Part shown: positions 61,121 to 64,000 of the stretch, piece after piece
Layout: the number at the start of each line of letters is the position of its first letter
How positions within the stretch are numbered: the first letter of the stretch is position 1
Assembly: GCF_035084215.1 (NCBI RefSeq)
Contig: NW_027139607.1
Span: 1-64,000 of the forward strand
Length of the DNA stretch: 64,000 nt
Direction of reading: 5' to 3'
From: Heptranchias perlo
Taxonomy: Eukaryota
The notes under the pieces: model-generated
Database searches by the model: none
What the model saw: the letters and a program-made list of their open reading frames with translations, nothing else
What the model was told of the DNA's origin: nothing
Program-made: the position numbers and the translations under genes

Positions 61121-61534
61121 CAGGGGAACTAAACACAAAAAAAGGGGTGCCTGTGGCCCCTGAACCATTTCCCTGGGGTTTCTGCTGAAGTTCGGGCGTG
61201 AGACCAGGAGAAACCCCATGTAAATTCTACCCCCTGATGTTCTACATTTATACTAGTGGATCCCCTGTGGTGTTGCTCACTGTCAGATGATGCTATGTTT
61301 TATAATGGCGAGTCTGATATCAAAGAATGCACAAAGCATCATTCTGCTGCTACGGTGGAGCCTTGTTTCATCTGGGCTGTCCCTTTTAAGACCACAAAGC
61401 CTAACTGCTGCAAATATACTTAATCCAGAGGTCACTTGGAGTTCAACTGCAATTGGTGAGGGTAGATTTACAAAACAGGATGAAACAACAACTTACACTG
61501 GGCAGCAGCATGAAATGATTGCCCTTTTTCTGAT

Positions 61535-61960
61535 TGCTCAGTGGGTCACACACTCACCTCGGAGTCAGAAGGTCACGGGTTCAAGCCCCACGCCAGGACT
61601 TGAGTTCGTAATCCAGGTTCACACTCCAGTGCAGTACTGAGGGAATGCTGCACTGTCGGAGGTGCCATCTTTCGGATGAGACGTTAACGTCTGCCCTCTC
61701 AGGTGAATATAAAAGATTCCACGGACGCTATTCGAAGAAGAGCAGGGGAGTTCTCACTATGGCCTGGTCAACATTATCCCTCAACCAACACTTAAAACAG
61801 ATTATCCAGTCATTAACACACTGCTGTTTGTGGGATCTTGCTGTGCGAAAATTGGCTGCCACGTTTCCTACATTGCAACAGTGACTACACCAAAAGTACT
61901 TCATTGGCTGTGAAGCGCTTTGGGACATCCTGAGGTTGTGAAAGGCGCTATAGAAATATA
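61535..61960 (+). mobile_element. Near full-length Deu-domain tRNA SINE with L2-like tail
   Basis: gctcagtgg head, gggttcaagccc B-box, Deu core, gtgaaaggcgctatagaaat tail. Confidence 0.8.
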
Positions 61961-62239
61961 AATATAAATTATTTTTGTGCTTTTTTTTCTACTATTGACA
62001 TGTTAAACTGTGAAGTCTGAATTGCGAAGGATATTCTTAAAAACCTTTTTCCCGTCACCTCAAAATGGCAGCTCCATACCTCCCTCATATTTCCCTTCTT
62101 GTAAACTTAATGTTTTTATATCCCAAGCTTGACACCAATTAACCACAACTTCCTATCTATTGTATCTTCTGTCCCACTCTTTTCAATTTTGACGGTGTTC
62201 TGCACTTGAGCCTCAACCTAAGTTTCTCAATTAACAAAG

Positions 62240-62727
62240 TGGGTGCAACGGAGGTTCGCTAGATTGATTCCTGGGATGAGAGGGTTGTCCTATGAGGAGA
62301 GATTGAGTAGAATGGGCCTATATTCTCTGAAGTTTAGAAGAATGAGAGGTGATCTCATTGAAACGTCTAAAATTCTGAGAGGGCTTGACAGGGTAGATGC
62401 TCAGAAGCTTTTTCCTTGGGTGGAGAGTCTGGAATTAGGGGGCATAGTCTCAAGATAAGGGATCGACCATTTAGGATAAAGATGAGGAAATTTCTTTTCA
62501 CTCTGAGGGTTGTGAATCTTTGGAATTCTCTACCCCAGAGGGCTGTGGATGCTGAGTCATTGAGCATTTTTAAGACTGATCGCTAGATATTTGAACACTA
62601 AGGGAATCAAGAGATATGGCGATCAGGTGGGAAAGTGGAGTTGAGGTAGAAGATCAGCCATGATCTTATTGAATGGCAGAACAGGCTCGAGGGGCCGTAT
62701 GGCCTACTCCTGCTCCTATTTCTTGTG
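62240..62727 (+). mobile_element. CR1 3' fragment
   Basis: QRRFARLIPGMRGLSYEERL translation and CR1 tail. Confidence 0.88.
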
Positions 62728-63953
62728 TGGACAGAAGCAGATTATTTGGCTTGGTCTGTGTGAGCCCAGAACCAGCAGACAGGTTTAAAGTTATTCAGAC
62801 TCTAGGAAGACCGCAGGCAACAGATGGTGTATTTTCCAGCGTAATGCTCACACGCAATAGGCTCCCACCGAAGGTAGTTACTGCAGTGTTGATTTACTTT
62901 GCGGGATAAATACCGGGTTAGGAGTGGATTGAAGGTCAGATTGCACACAGAGGTAACCTGAGTACTCCAAGGGACACTTGATGCAGGGACCATGGAAATG
63001 TCATCTGTGGAAAGTAACCAGAGCAAGGCTAAATAGTGGAGATGTGAGGATGGATGTGCATATTCTGGGGTTTTGCTTGATTACCTTTGGTCTTCATTTG
63101 TCTAGAACTTCCTCCCAAGGCTGTGGTTGTGTCCATGATGGGGTAAATTGTGCAGTCGATGCCTCTGGTTTACAATTTTCCAGAGAGAAATGAATGGAAT
63201 CCTGGAATTCGATCCCTAAAATACTGATTTAAAAACCCTCAAACTCCGTGTAATAAAAATGGAATTTGACTTATTCAGTCACCGTTAATCATGGTTTGTG
63301 GAAGGAGTGGGATTGATGGGCCAAATGGCCTCTGGTTGCTCATTGCTCTCCTAAGTTCACACGTTAGACAGCGCACCAGTGCACTGGTTGGTACGAACAG
63401 GCAAATTAAGTATCTGGTTTTAATGAAGTGAAAAGCAGATTGTAATGAGACTAATCATAGTCATCACCAGATTAGCTAAAGTGCAGCTCAGGTGAGTTCA
63501 GCTAAGGATGCTGTGTTGATGTTAATATGGGATGCTCTGGTATTCTTAAACCACAGGGATTGGGTAGTGGACAGGGTGACGAGTGCAAACAAATTGGAAA
63601 AATAGGAACAAATAAGTTGAGGGCAAGTGTGATTGAAATAACCTGAGTTTGAGCCTTGTCAACAGCTGGTTTCATCTGCCAATCAACAGCCTTACCCTCT
63701 AAGTGATGGTGACCTAGCCTATCATTTAGATGGTCCTGTTAATCTTCAGTGTGTCACAAGAGTCATTCTTCTCTATCATTGCAAAAAAAAATTATGCTAC
63801 TGAATTCACCACACATTTTCTCTGGAACTGTACATTATTCAGCCAAAACTGCAGGGAAAAACTCCTGAGCATTGTACTGTCTCTGAATTCCTTGCACATG
63901 CAGTCTGTAAACATAGCATAGCTGACAGGTACCAATGTGAGACGCTGACTTTC

Positions 63954-64000
63954 TCACACTATCAATATTTCATCCTCGTCCTCCTCATCTTCCTCCTCCT
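63954..64000 (-). CDS. Possible C-terminus of an unidentified minus-strand gene (..EEEDEEDEDEILIV*)
   Basis: Acidic codon run with third-position variation ending in TGA; only 47 nt visible. Confidence 0.3.
   Translation of the reverse strand, partial: EEEDEEDEDEILIV

Overview
This is vertebrate genomic DNA, very probably from a cartilaginous fish (shark), judged from its SINE, CR1 and Penelope repeat content. I reconstructed three spliced genes by hand from GT-AG sites and reading-frame continuity. CORO7 is on the minus strand (coding exons 1-7, 21635->2095, continuing beyond the left edge). DNAJA3/Tid1 is on the plus strand and complete (24863-42362), with both the long and short C-terminal exons. 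HMOX2 is on the minus strand (45122-53651, non-coding exon 1 near 54228) and is convergent with DNAJA3. Introns are filled with CR1 LINEs, a second LINE family, L2 fragments, tRNA-derived Deu-domain SINEs, Penelope-like fragments and many GC-rich minisatellites. Most ORF-track entries are retroelement fragments or repeat artefacts. The main oddities are as follows. HMOX2 has two +1 frameshifts in its largest exon, lacks its second Cys-Pro heme motif and has a strong-context uORF. A perfect 208-bp palindrome carries two mirror-image hammerhead-ribozyme-like motifs. A promoter-like cluster (RFX, forkhead, NF-Y) in DNAJA3 intron 10 may drive a hidden antisense spliced gene. A T-free 27-bp array repeats a near-CTCF motif, and a 3.5-kb minisatellite abuts a CORO7 splice acceptor. 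Gene identities come from remembered human protein sequences; no database search was run.
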